Both the position numbers and the translations under genes were made by a program. 64,000 bases of DNA from Ostreococcus lucimarinus (taxonomy: Eukaryota). Location: the NCBI GenBank assembly GCA_000092065.1, contig CP000590.1; one strand, 5' to 3'. The notes below the pieces were generated by a model that did not search any database, was not told where the DNA came from, and was given only the letters and a program-made list of their open reading frames with translations. This document shows, one piece after another, positions 10,300-19,774 of this stretch; position 1 is the stretch's first letter; every line of letters begins with the position of its first letter.

Positions 10300-11271
10300 T
10301 CACTGATTCAGCGGCGGATGCACCAATACATACTCCTCCGCGTACGCCCCCGTGCGATCATCTCCCTCATCACACGCCACGGGTGCGCACGACTTCGAAC
10401 ACGTGTACACGGCGATTGACCCAAAATCGAGCGCGGAGTCGCTCTCGGCGTCGACGCCGAGCTGACTGATGATTGTGGGCAAAATCTGAAACTCAAATTT
10501 TCTCGGCGCGCCGCACCGTTCGCAGTGCGGAATGTTATCCGTATTCGGCGCGTGCGTCACCGACGGCCACAGCGGCTTCGCCCCGGGCTCCGGGCAATAC
10601 CTCAACACCTGCTCCGGGTCGTTCTTCAGCATGACGTGAAACGTCGCCAACTGCTCCATATCCTCATCGACCACCGCAGCCTCGATCGCGTCGATCTCTT
10701 CCGCGGTCATGTCCCCCCCCACGTCACCATCCACGCACTCCACTCCCCCCATCGCGTCTCCCTCCCCTCGCTCCTCCGTCTCCACCACCAACTCGTACTC
10801 TGGATACGTCTTCGTCGCCGCCGCGCTCGCGTCCCACCAATCGCACCTCGCGCGCCGCGTCGCCGTCTCCTCCGCCGTCAGCGCGCGCCCCGCTTCTCCC
10901 TCCGCCACCGGATCCCACCCGTAGAACGCGTTCGCCCTCGGAAGCTGTCCCCTGAACGCCCGCGCGCCGCCCCTCGCGTGCGTCTCGCCCCCTCGCGTCC
11001 CGTTCACGAACACGTACACCGTCCGATGAAACGCGCTCGCCTCCGCGTCCACCGGCGCGTACACCTGGCACAAAAACGCCATTCGCTCCCCCTCGTTCGT
11101 CTCCAGCGCGCTCGCCCGCGGCACGCGCACGGGATCCATCCACGCCGGCGCGCCGCCCGCCTTGCTCGGAAACCGCCACGCCTCGAGGTCGTCGTCCCGT
11201 CGCGCGCGCTCGAGAAAGCCCAGCGACCACTCGCGGTCGTCGCTCAGCGCGTCGTCGTCGTCGTCGTCCAT
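10300..11271 (-). CDS. PDCD2/TSR4-like protein with a PDCD2_C domain.
   Basis: The C-terminal signature is HCERCGAPRKFEFQILPTIISQL...LDFGSIAVYTCSKSC. The N-terminus is acidic (MDDDDDDALSDD). An ATG sits at 11271 on the minus strand. Confidence 0.7.
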   Translation of the reverse strand: MDDDDDDALSDDREWSLGFLERARRDDDLEAWRFPSKAGGAPAWMDPVRVPRASALETNEGERMAFLCQVYAPVDAEASAFHRTVYVFVNGTRGGETHARGGARAFRGQLPRANAFYGWDPVAEGEAGRALTAEETATRRARCDWWDASAAATKTYPEYELVVETEERGEGDAMGGVECVDGDVGGDMTAEEIDAIEAAVVDEDMEQLATFHVMLKNDPEQVLRYCPEPGAKPLWPSVTHAPNTDNIPHCERCGAPRKFEFQILPTIISQLGVDAESDSALDFGSIAVYTCSKSCAPVACDEGDDRTGAYAEEYVLVHPPLNQ

Positions 11272-11779
11272 GGCGCGCGCGTCTCGCGCCGTCGCGCGCC
11301 GTCGCGTCGCGCTCTGTCGCGCGGCGTCGCGTCGCCGCCGCCGGTCGCCTCCGGGGGACGCGCGTCCGTCGACGCGCGGCGCGGCGCGCGACGCGACGCG
11401 CGGCGCGCGCGACGGACGCGCGTATTTTTTCCGCGCGCGGCGTCGCGCGCGGAACCGCGCGCGCGACGTCGCGGCCGTCGCGCGCGGCGCGGATCGAATC
11501 CGTCGTCGGTCGGCGCCGCAGAGCCGCGCGCGGGATTGGATTGGATTCGCGCGCGGCGTTCCTTCGCGCGCGATGTCGACGTCGCCGCGCGGCGCGAGCC
11601 AACGCGCGGAGACGAGCGGAGGTGCGCGGAGACGCGCGATCGCGGACGCGACGACGACGCGAGGGCGACGGATTGGGACGATTCGACGAGGACGCGCGAT
11701 TTGAAATGATTCGCGCGCGAAACGTCGAGGACGCGCGCGCGATCGAGGCGCGAGGGCGAGGAACGGTGAGACTGACGCG

Positions 11780-14197
11780 ATGCGCGCGATGCGGACGCGC
11801 GATCGGGACGCAGACGCGCGAGAGGCGATGGAGACGGCGGCGAAGACGGTGTCGAAGCTCGCGGCGGACGCCGAGCAAGCCGACTTGGTGGAACTGCTTC
11901 GAGAGGCGCCTCGGGAGGCGTATTCGTTTCAAAACGCGGGATGGCCGAGCGATGTGGTGGGTATGAAGAAGGAGGAACTGCCGGGGGTGGTGCTGGAGCG
12001 GTACAACACGCGGCAGTCGGTGTGCTTTTGCGGGGTGCTGCCGGAGATTTCGCGCGCGTGGGCGAGCGTGGACAACGCGTTGTTTTTGTGGAGGTTGGAC
12101 GTCGCGGACGACGTGCCGGTGGAGTACAGCGGCGAAGAGCAAGCGATCGTGGCGGTGGGGTTGGTGAAACCGAAGAGTGGGGTGTTTTTAGAGGCGATCT
12201 CGTACGTGCTCGTCATCGCGACGACGGTGGAGCTCGTCATGGTGGGGGTGTGCTTGGAGGACGACGGACGCGAGCTCACGCTGCATCCGCTGCAGTACTC
12301 GTGCCCGACGGACGCGACCATCATGAACGACATCACGTCTACGCCGGAGGGTAGGATCTTCTTAGCCGGTGCGGACGAAGCGCTTTATGAACTCGTGTAC
12401 GCGCAGAGCGACACGTGGCACAGCAAGCGATGCAAAAAGGTGCGACACAGTCAAAACTTGTCCTCGCTGTTGCCTTCGGTGCTGCGATTGAAGGGCTCGG
12501 ACGCTTTGAAACAAGTCGTCGTGGACGCCAAGCGCGGGATTTTGTACACGCGCAGCGAACAAGGCGTGGTGGTTGTGTACGACGTCGGCGCCGCGGCGAA
12601 GGACGCGCCGAGAAAAGTCGCCGAGGTTAAAAACGTCGCGCAACTCGCCGCGCAGGCTCGCGGTCAAGGGTCTCTGTTTGCATCGGCGACGTCATCGGTG
12701 AAGAAAGGGGCGAAGTTAGTGCACGTCGCATTGGTGCATCCGGAGGAGTCGTCCGTCGTGACGTTGGTGGCGATTTGCGCGGATGGAAGACGCATTTACC
12801 TCACCGCTCTTCCGCCGTCGCGCGGGTACTCGTACGGCGTCGCCTCGGGTACGGGTAGCTCTCGACAAGGGCCTTCGCGACTGTCCGTGGTCGAACAACG
12901 CGACCCGCCGCCGCAAGGAGGAAATCAGCGCGGTATGACGACGGCGCAGGCGCTCTTGAACACCACGTCGAGGGCCTTGGAAATTGAAGCCGGGTTTTAC
13001 AGCAGCGGCGTTTTGTTACTGTCGGACGCGACGCCGAACGACTCTGACGCGCGATTGATACTTTCAAACCGCGACCTGGCGCTACCCCCACACTTGCAGT
13101 TGCCGCCGCCGACGCCCCCACCGAGCTCGGGAAGCGGCACTCGCGGTTTGCGCGAAGTCGTCACCTTGGAACAACTTGAAGGGCGCTGCGCGTCGAGTCT
13201 CGGATCGCTCGGTGAGATTCCTATGCCAAAGAGCGTACAGGACGCGATCGATCCGCCATACCCCACGGGGACGCTTCCAGAAGCACGTGTAAAATCGACG
13301 GGACTACTCTCTGAGCTCGTCACGCAATACATGTGCCCGAGAAGAACGTTTGTGTTGATGACCAACGCCGGGTTGGTTCGATTCGAGAAGGCGCGCCCGA
13401 TTGACACGTTGAGAAGTGTTCTTGAAAAGAACATTCCGGAACAAATCGAGGAGTTCTTTAAGAGTTACGGACCGATTGAAGCTGCGGCAATGTGCGTCGC
13501 GTTATCTGTTTCGGGATCCGAATCCAACGCCGTGATCCTCGCCGCGAAGCGGGCCTTTGACGACCCGCGTCTCACCGGCGAGCCGAGCATCGTGGAGGAT
13601 AGCTACGCGCAAAATCAAGAGAATAATGGTGGATCTTTCAACATGGGGCGTGCGATCGTGCAACCGGTGCTGACTTTTTCGTCGGCGCAGCGTGGACTGT
13701 ACTTGTTCACGGCTCGCATAATGTCTAGCACGTGGGAACGAGCGATCATTGTGCCCGTTCGCGCGCCCGTTCAAACGAATTTGAACGGCAACTCGCGACC
13801 GCTATCGCCGGCGATGAAGATCGCGAACAAAGCGCTCGGCGCGGTGCAAGCGGCAGCTCGGTACATGAGTGAAGAACCGGCGCTCAGATGCTCCTTGGAT
13901 CCGACGTTGCTCAAGAATTTGCACGATCGCTTGATGCCGTTGGTGACTTTCTTGAAGCAGCGTAGACCGCGCATTAGCAGCGGCGCCACGATGTCGCAGA
14001 CGAAGCGGCGTCGAGTGCGTTCATCCGGCAGCGAACTCACGGCACTCCAGGAAGAAGAGCGCAGTCTCTCGGCCCTCTCCGCCTTGGTGAGCCGCACGGC
14101 GCAGGCTTTGTCTCTCATTAGAATCATCATCACTGATGAACGTTTCTCACGAGTGGCCGACATGCTTCCCTCGGCGATTCGCAAGGAGCTGTCACAG
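11780..14197 (+). CDS. NUP155: Nucleoporin Nup155/Nup170 homologue, exon 1 (N-terminal beta-propeller).
   Basis: Nucleoporin_N-like sequence: NALFLWRLDVADDVPVEYSGEEQAIVAVGLVKPKSGVFLEAISYVLVIATTVELVMVGV. A GT donor (caG|GTACGT) lies at ~14198. Confidence 0.8.
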
Positions 14198-14239
14198 GTA
14201 CGTTTCCGCGCTCCTACGCCTCGTCTTTTCTTTTTTGCC

Positions 14240-14325
14240 TGCGCGATGATGATTTCCCATATATCAATCTGTCAATCCCCTGATTCACAGTGATGACAAC
14301 TCATATGGTGCCCTTCCACTGAGCG
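14240..14325 (+). ncRNA. Candidate intron-encoded box C/D snoRNA in Nup155 intron 1.
   Basis: Canonical order and spacing are present: C box AUGAUGA (~14246-14252), D' CUGA (~14280-14283), C' GUGAUGA (~14290-14296) and D CUGA (~14319-14322). The C-to-D distance is ~77 nt. The intron is AT-rich, unlike the surrounding GC-rich DNA. Confidence 0.4.
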
Positions 14326-14395
14326 TCCACTTTTACTTTTCCGCGCTGTGTTCTTCTGAGACTTTCGACTGACTTTTTGTTTTACACTGCGACAG

Positions 14396-14833
14396 CTCAC
14401 CTTGAAGAAGTTGGTTTCGACGACGCACGGGGCGCGTTTGGCGGGTGCGCTCATCGAAGCGATGATGTCTCACATAATGTCTCACGCTCGTCACAGCGCC
14501 GAGGAATTAGCTGCGGAGCTCCAAAAGGGATGCCCAGACTTTTTCGGCGCAGATTCGAGGACATTTTACCACGCCAGAGACTTGTTGCAGTTGGCGCGCG
14601 ACGCGCGCGCGAGAAAGGAAAACGTCTTGCGCGACCAATACGTGAACGATGCGATCGCTTTATTCATGAAGGTGCCGACTTCTGGAGACTTATCGGCCGT
14701 TTGTGCTGAACTTGTCGATCTTCGCGCGTTTCATGGCGTCACCGCTGTGCCCCTCGCGGCGGCGGCGGCGCTCGAGGCGCGCGCAGAGGAAGCTCGTTTT
14801 ACGATGCATTCGCAACCGAATGTGGACATGGTG
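14396..14833 (+). CDS. NUP155: Nup155 homologue, exon 2 (phase 0). Intron 1 is ~14198-14395 (198 nt, GT..AG).
   Basis: An acceptor ...cgacAG|CTCACC precedes the exon, and the frame continues in frame with exon 1. A donor GTG|GTAAGT lies at ~14834. Confidence 0.75.
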
Positions 14834-14919
14834 GTAAGTTTATCTTGACCTCAAATCTCGAAAGAACTTCGTTGCGATGAAGACGAATCTGATACGTGAA
14901 CGTTCGGCTTACCGCCGGG

Positions 14920-15022
14920 CGTGCCGTGATGATTAAAAACTACAGAACATCTAAGCCTGAGCGACGGCGAATCATTCTCGGCTCGAGTCACGACGGGATC
15001 GCGAAAATCTCTTACTGACGAC
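14920..15022 (+). ncRNA. Candidate intron-encoded box C/D snoRNA in Nup155 intron 2.
   Basis: A C box GUGAUGA (~14926-14932), internal CUGA (D', ~14957-14960) and D box CUGA (~15015-15018) are present, about 90 nt apart. A terminal stem is not obvious. Confidence 0.3.
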
Positions 15023-15042
15023 AAATTTTTACCGCATTATAG

Positions 15043-16482
15043 GATCTCCAATCGTGCTTTGAAGTCACGTGTACCACGATTCGGGCGCTTGCGACTGGAA
15101 GGGCTGATGCGGACGCTGAACCAGGTTCGCTGAGTCGCGTCGCGGCGGAAGAACTTCCCGAGGACATTCGTGAACGAGGTCTCGTGAAGATTCTAGAGCA
15201 GCTTCAACGAGTGTCTGGAGCTGACTCACAAGATTTCATGCACCGCGTATTTGCGGAGCTGATTGCAGTGAGACGCGACGCCATGCTTTTATCGCTACCC
15301 GCGGCTATGTTGGAACCGTACTTGGTGAACAAGAGCGCGTTGACGTCTGCGCAACAAGGCGGCGCGCTCACGCCGGATGAGGCGAGACATCTCGATCTCT
15401 TGGCGCAGTTGTACGCCGCCCGAAGTCTGTTTGGATTGGCGGCACAGGTCGATTGCTCGTTAGCGGAGCGTCGATGCGCGAACGACGAAACGTTCAGTTT
15501 GGACCAGCGCATGGCTTTGTTTGAGCGCGCGCTCATGCACGCCAGAAAGTCGGTCGACGGGGGATTGACCAATGGTTTGGACACGTCGTTTTGCGAAAAC
15601 GTCGACAGCAAAATCAAATTGCTCGACATGCAGCGGCGAGTGCTGGGCGTGTGCATAGAGCGCTCCCGTCAAGCACGCGCCACCGGATCGTCGAACGCTC
15701 CGGAGGAGGCGTTTGTGTACGAATTGGAGCGCGAGTTGAAGCAACTGAGCGACTTGTACAACGACTTCGCCAAGCCGTGTGAGTTGTGGGACATCTGCCT
15801 CGAAATGGTGCACTTCTCGCAATACCACGATCCGGATGGCGAGATTGTGTGTGACTTATGGGATAAGCTCCTCTTACAAGCCGCGTCTCGCGCGCCGAGC
15901 GCCGCGACGTGCCTGCGGGAAGCCTGCCTCGTGGTTCGCGCGTTGGGCGTGAAGTTGTTCCCATCGGACGTCGCGTTTCCGGTCATTCACGTGGCTTTGC
16001 GTTTGGAGCTCATGGCGGCAGGACTGTGGGGTGTTCCCGATGTCGCAGTCGAAGCGCACGTCGACGATGAGTATGACACGAGCGAAGTCGCGGACGCGCT
16101 CGTCGTCGCGTGCAAAGGACTCGCAGAGCCCGTGCAACGAGCGTACGACCGCTTGCTCGCGACCCCGGCCCAACGCATGCACGATAAGCGTCTGTCGAAA
16201 GTGGATGCGTTACAAACCCCGCGTTTGCGCCTCCGCTTGCTCAGATCGGTGTACTTTGTGCTCCAGCTTTGGGACCAGTCGCTCGTGCCCAAGGCGACGG
16301 CGTACGGCGAACCGAGAGCGTACGCCACCGGAGGCCACGTGCGCGCGGCGATCGGCGACTTGTGCGTGAGCTACGCCTCGGAAAGCCGACGAATGCAGTG
16401 TCCGAATGAGGTTATTCGCGCGAACGCCGAGGAACTCGCCGCCGCTTTCGACACGTTCGGCCGCCGCTTGCTTTCTTCGTAG
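15043..16482 (+). CDS. NUP155: Nup155 homologue, exon 3 (alpha-solenoid C-terminal part). Intron 2 is ~14834-15042 (209 nt).
   Basis: A polypyrimidine tract plus ttatAG acceptor is at ~15042, and the in-frame extension of the 15184 ORF (DLQSCFEVTCTTIRA...IRERGLVKILEQL) reaches back to it. The assembled protein is ~1431 aa, typical for Nup155. The stop codon TAG is at 16480-16482. Confidence 0.75.
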   Translation, partial: DLQSCFEVTCTTIRALATGRADADAEPGSLSRVAAEELPEDIRERGLVKILEQLQRVSGADSQDFMHRVFAELIAVRRDAMLLSLPAAMLEPYLVNKSALTSAQQGGALTPDEARHLDLLAQLYAARSLFGLAAQVDCSLAERRCANDETFSLDQRMALFERALMHARKSVDGGLTNGLDTSFCENVDSKIKLLDMQRRVLGVCIERSRQARATGSSNAPEEAFVYELERELKQLSDLYNDFAKPCELWDICLEMVHFSQYHDPDGEIVCDLWDKLLLQAASRAPSAATCLREACLVVRALGVKLFPSDVAFPVIHVALRLELMAAGLWGVPDVAVEAHVDDEYDTSEVADALVVACKGLAEPVQRAYDRLLATPAQRMHDKRLSKVDALQTPRLRLRLLRSVYFVLQLWDQSLVPKATAYGEPRAYATGGHVRAAIGDLCVSYASESRRMQCPNEVIRANAEELAAAFDTFGRRLLSS

Positions 16483-16595
16483 ACGAGTAGACAAAGCCCT
16501 CGCGACGGGGCGTTGAGAAAAATAAAACCGTGTATGATTTAAATCGGATGTTGTGTGTTTGATATTCGACATCATAAGCTAATCAACGTCGGTGT

Positions 16596-17231
16596 TTACT
16601 CTTCATCTTTCTTTTCCTCGACCTTGGTCGCGGTCAAAGCGTCCGCGAGCGCGTCCGCTTCTTCGGCGACTTGCGCCTTTTCCTCGGCGGCCTCGGCTTC
16701 GCCCTCTTCCGCCGGAAGCGCCGCCATCTTCTTTTGGGCGTCATTGAACGCCGCCGTGAAGAGTTCGCACTTTTCCGCGCTTCCGAACTTGATGCACATG
16801 TTGTAAAGCTCCGGGCGTTCGTCGCCGTCCGAGCAATCCACCGTGGTGAACACGCACGCCTTTTCGCTCGCCGCGTGCTCCGCCACCTTGGATTCTTGTT
16901 GCACGTAAAAGTTGGCGCAAATCTTCAGCGTTTTATCCCGGCGCATGAGCACGCGAATCTTTTTAGACGTCTTGTGCTCGAGAAGTTTAATCGGACCGAG
17001 TCCTCGTTCCTTCCATTCGCCGTCGGTGAACCGGTACGATTTCACCTTGCTGCGTCGCGCGTCGTCGTTCTCGTCGTCAGTCCTCCATCCTCGCGTCGCG
17101 CGTCCCATCTCTCCATCCCACGCCTCGCGTCCGTTCGCTTCGTCTCGCACGTACGCTTCGAACAAAATATCTTCGTCCTCCTCCCCCGTGGTCGTCGCCT
17201 CCGCGCCCTCCACGATCTCCAGCTTCACCAC
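16596..17231 (-). CDS. Ran-binding-domain protein (RanBP1/Yrb2/Nup50-like). This is a C-terminal exon and the 5' end is unresolved.
   Basis: RanBD signature: FKPVVKLEIVEG...YRFTDGEWKERGLGPIKLLEHKTSKKIRVLMRRDKTLKICANFYV, followed by an acidic tail. The track start at 17231 is GTG. The frame stays open upstream through FG-like sequence (PIFGAAFAQGGFGAAAAGGGFDPSKF) to a TGA, with no in-frame ATG. An upstream exon or intron is therefore likely. Confidence 0.75.
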   Translation of the reverse strand: MVKLEIVEGAEATTTGEEDEDILFEAYVRDEANGREAWDGEMGRATRGWRTDDENDDARRSKVKSYRFTDGEWKERGLGPIKLLEHKTSKKIRVLMRRDKTLKICANFYVQQESKVAEHAASEKACVFTTVDCSDGDERPELYNMCIKFGSAEKCELFTAAFNDAQKKMAALPAEEGEAEAAEEKAQVAEEADALADALTATKVEEKKDEE

Positions 17232-18359
17232 GGGTTTAAACTCCGCCTTGCACTCCGCCTCGACGTCGTCGTCCCCCTCCTCGTCATCGTTCCCGGTCTT
17301 TTCCTCCGCCTTCGGCGCCTCCTTCGACGCGAACTTCGACGGATCGAAACCTCCGCCCGCGGCCGCGGCGCCGAACCCTCCCTGCGCGAACGCCGCGCCG
17401 AAGATCGGCGTCGTCGTCGGCGGCGCCGTCTGTCGACATGCATTCAGATCGCGCCTTCGTCAGTCCCTCGTCGCGCGTCGTCGCGCGCGCGCGTCACCGG
17501 GTCGTCGCGCGGTCGTCGCGCGTCGCGAGCGTCCGTTCGCGCACCTCGTTCGCGGCGTCCTCGCTCATCGCGCGCGATCGATCGCGTCGCGATGTGCGGC
17601 GACGCCCTCGCGCGCGGCACTCCATGTCGACCACCGGAGCGCGCGCGCGCGACGACGGCGGCGGGTCATCGACGCGCACGTGCGTGGGGGTGACGACGTT
17701 CGACGACGCGCGCGAGAGTCGACGCGCGACGCCGGTGCGCGACGCGCGACGCGAATCTTCCGAATCCGCGAATCTTCCGTCGACGCGAATCGACGGCGAA
17801 TCGACCGACGCGCGCGACTGACGAGCGCGCCGACGCCCGCAGACGTGCTACGGATTCACGCGCCGGCGAGACGCGGCGCTGCGCGAAGAGCGGCGGACGC
17901 TGCGCACGGGGGACGTCGTCGGACGGTATCGGTACGCGTGCCTGGGACGAAGCGCGCGCGCGGTGCCCTTCTACGCCGAGGGACGACGCGCGCCCACGCT
18001 GGAGGAGCGCAAGCGCGGGACGGAGTTCCCGGTGTGCCAAGGGCTGGAGGTGCTCGTCGCGGAGAGAGTGGACGAACGCGCGGCGCGGCGCGGCGACGGC
18101 GACGCGAGCGAAGACGACGCGACGGACGCGGCGATGCGAAAGCGCGTCGGCGCGCGGGAGATCAGGGAGACGCGCGAACGCGAGCTCGGCGCGAGCGCGG
18201 CGTTGGAGCGGTTCAACAGGAGCGCGGGGAAAATTTCAGCCAACATGCGGCGACACGCGAAGTTCATCGGCGACGGCGCGTACTCGCTCTTCTTCACCGG
18301 CGGTCGGCGGTCGTGAACCGTGGGTCGAGCGCGCGACGCGCGCATTCTTTGTAATCACG

Positions 18360-19106
18360 ATGTACCATCGAATCGTAGCCACCGCGCGCGACGTTCGCGT
18401 CGCGGCGTCCGTCGACGTCGTCGACGCCGCACATCGCGACTCGCGCGACATGTTCCGCGCCCCTCCCGAAGGTTTGCGCGCGCGCGCGAACGCGCTCGAC
18501 GATCGACGCGCGCTGCGTTTACACGACGACGAGCGATGCGTCTTGTCCTGCGACGCCGCGATGACGATCGGCGACGACGACCCGGCGTCGAGCGCGATTC
18601 CGGGTGAATTATACATCACCGACGCGCGCGTCGCCTTCGTCCCGCGAGACCCGACGTCGACGTCGGCGTACGCGTGCGAGTATCGCTGTCTCGCGCTGCA
18701 CGCGATCTCGCGCGAGGACGATCGCTACGGAAGCGGCGGGTGCGTGTATTGTCAGATTGACGGCGGCGCCGACGCGCCGAGCGCGTCGACGACGACGAAC
18801 GCCGACGACGCGAACGACGACGAGCCCTACGACGAGGACGACCCGGTGACGGCGCACGTGCGCTTCGTCCCGAAAGACGCGACGACGCTGGAGGAGATCT
18901 ATCGCGCGATGAGCGAGGGGTCGTTATTGAACCCGGATCCCGACGCCGAGCGATTCGACGACGACGACGACGACGACGAATTCCTTGAAGACGACGACGA
19001 GGCGCACGCGCGCGAAGCCGCGCTCGAGCGATTAGATAAGCTCCTCGTCGTGGACGACGAGGTCGAGGCGTTGATGAAGCGCGACCCGGGTCGTTTCGAG
19101 GATTAA
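18360..19106 (+). CDS. CLNS1A: ICln / methylosome subunit pICln (chloride conductance regulatory protein, Voldacs domain).
   Basis: Sequence matches to human ICln: ELYITDARVAFVP, CLALHAISRED and HVRFVPKDATTLEEIYRAMSEGSLLNPDPD, plus poly-acidic C-terminal stretches. Confidence 0.75.
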   Translation: MYHRIVATARDVRVAASVDVVDAAHRDSRDMFRAPPEGLRARANALDDRRALRLHDDERCVLSCDAAMTIGDDDPASSAIPGELYITDARVAFVPRDPTSTSAYACEYRCLALHAISREDDRYGSGGCVYCQIDGGADAPSASTTTNADDANDDEPYDEDDPVTAHVRFVPKDATTLEEIYRAMSEGSLLNPDPDAERFDDDDDDDEFLEDDDEAHAREAALERLDKLLVVDDEVEALMKRDPGRFED

Positions 19107-19189
19107 AGTCGGTCGACGTATGTAACGAGCCGACGTCGCTCGCTCGCGCCGTCGCCCCTCGCCCCGCGACTCGCGCTTCTCGCCTCACA

Positions 19190-19660
19190 ATGTCTCTCGC
19201 GACCGTCTCGCGCGCGCTCTCGCGCCCTCGCGTCGTCGTCGGACGCAAGGCATCGCGACGCACCGATTCCGAGCCCGCGGCTCGACGGACGACGCGCATG
19301 CACGCCTCGGACATCCAACGCTTGGGCACCGATGACCCTCGCATGAGTCAGGTGGTCGTGCACAACGGCATCGTCTACTGCAGCGGACAGGTTGGATTGA
19401 CCACGACCACGGTGCGAGAACAAACGATCGAAACGCTGGAAAAGTTTGACAAACTGCTCGCGATGGCGGGGACGGATAAGTCGCGAATATTGACCTCGAT
19501 GTGCTGGCTGCGGGACATCAAAGACGCGCCCGAGTTCAACGCCGTGTACAACGCGTGGATCGATCCGGATAATAAACCCACGCGGGCGTGCGTGCAGAGC
19601 GAGTTGGCGCGACCTGAATTGTTGGTTGAGGTGCAAATTACCGCGGCGTTGCCGCCGTGA
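19190..19660 (+). CDS. RIDA: RidA/YjgF/UK114-family enamine/imine deaminase with an N-terminal organellar presequence.
   Basis: VVVHNGIVYCSGQVG...TIETLEKFDKLLAMAG...NAVYNAWIDPDNKPTRACVQSELARPELLVEVQITAAL. The N-terminus is Arg/Ser-rich. Confidence 0.8.
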   Translation: MSLATVSRALSRPRVVVGRKASRRTDSEPAARRTTRMHASDIQRLGTDDPRMSQVVVHNGIVYCSGQVGLTTTTVREQTIETLEKFDKLLAMAGTDKSRILTSMCWLRDIKDAPEFNAVYNAWIDPDNKPTRACVQSELARPELLVEVQITAALPP

Positions 19661-19774
19661 GGCGTCGAGACGAACGAGTTGAGTCGCCGGAGGGCGAAGG
19701 AGCGCTCGACGCTCGCGTTGAAATCTTGAAATACATATTTATTCATTCACTCATCGACGACGATAGTACACGCG

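Noticed and set aside
13371-13395. tRNA-like T-loop string (gggttggttcgattcgag).
   Set aside because: It lies inside the Nup155 coding frame. It does not match GGTTCGANTCC, and no cloverleaf context is present.
14198-15042. Introner-element-like repeated introns, as reported in some Micromonas strains.
   Set aside because: The three introns in the window share no obvious sequence similarity with each other. Only their lengths (190-210 nt) are similar.
17963-18316. 117-aa ORF (MPFYAEGRRAPTLEERKRGTEFPVCQGLEV...) in the RanBD/ICln spacer as a small gene.
   Set aside because: It has no recognisable family and sits in the low-complexity block among equally long nonsense ORFs.
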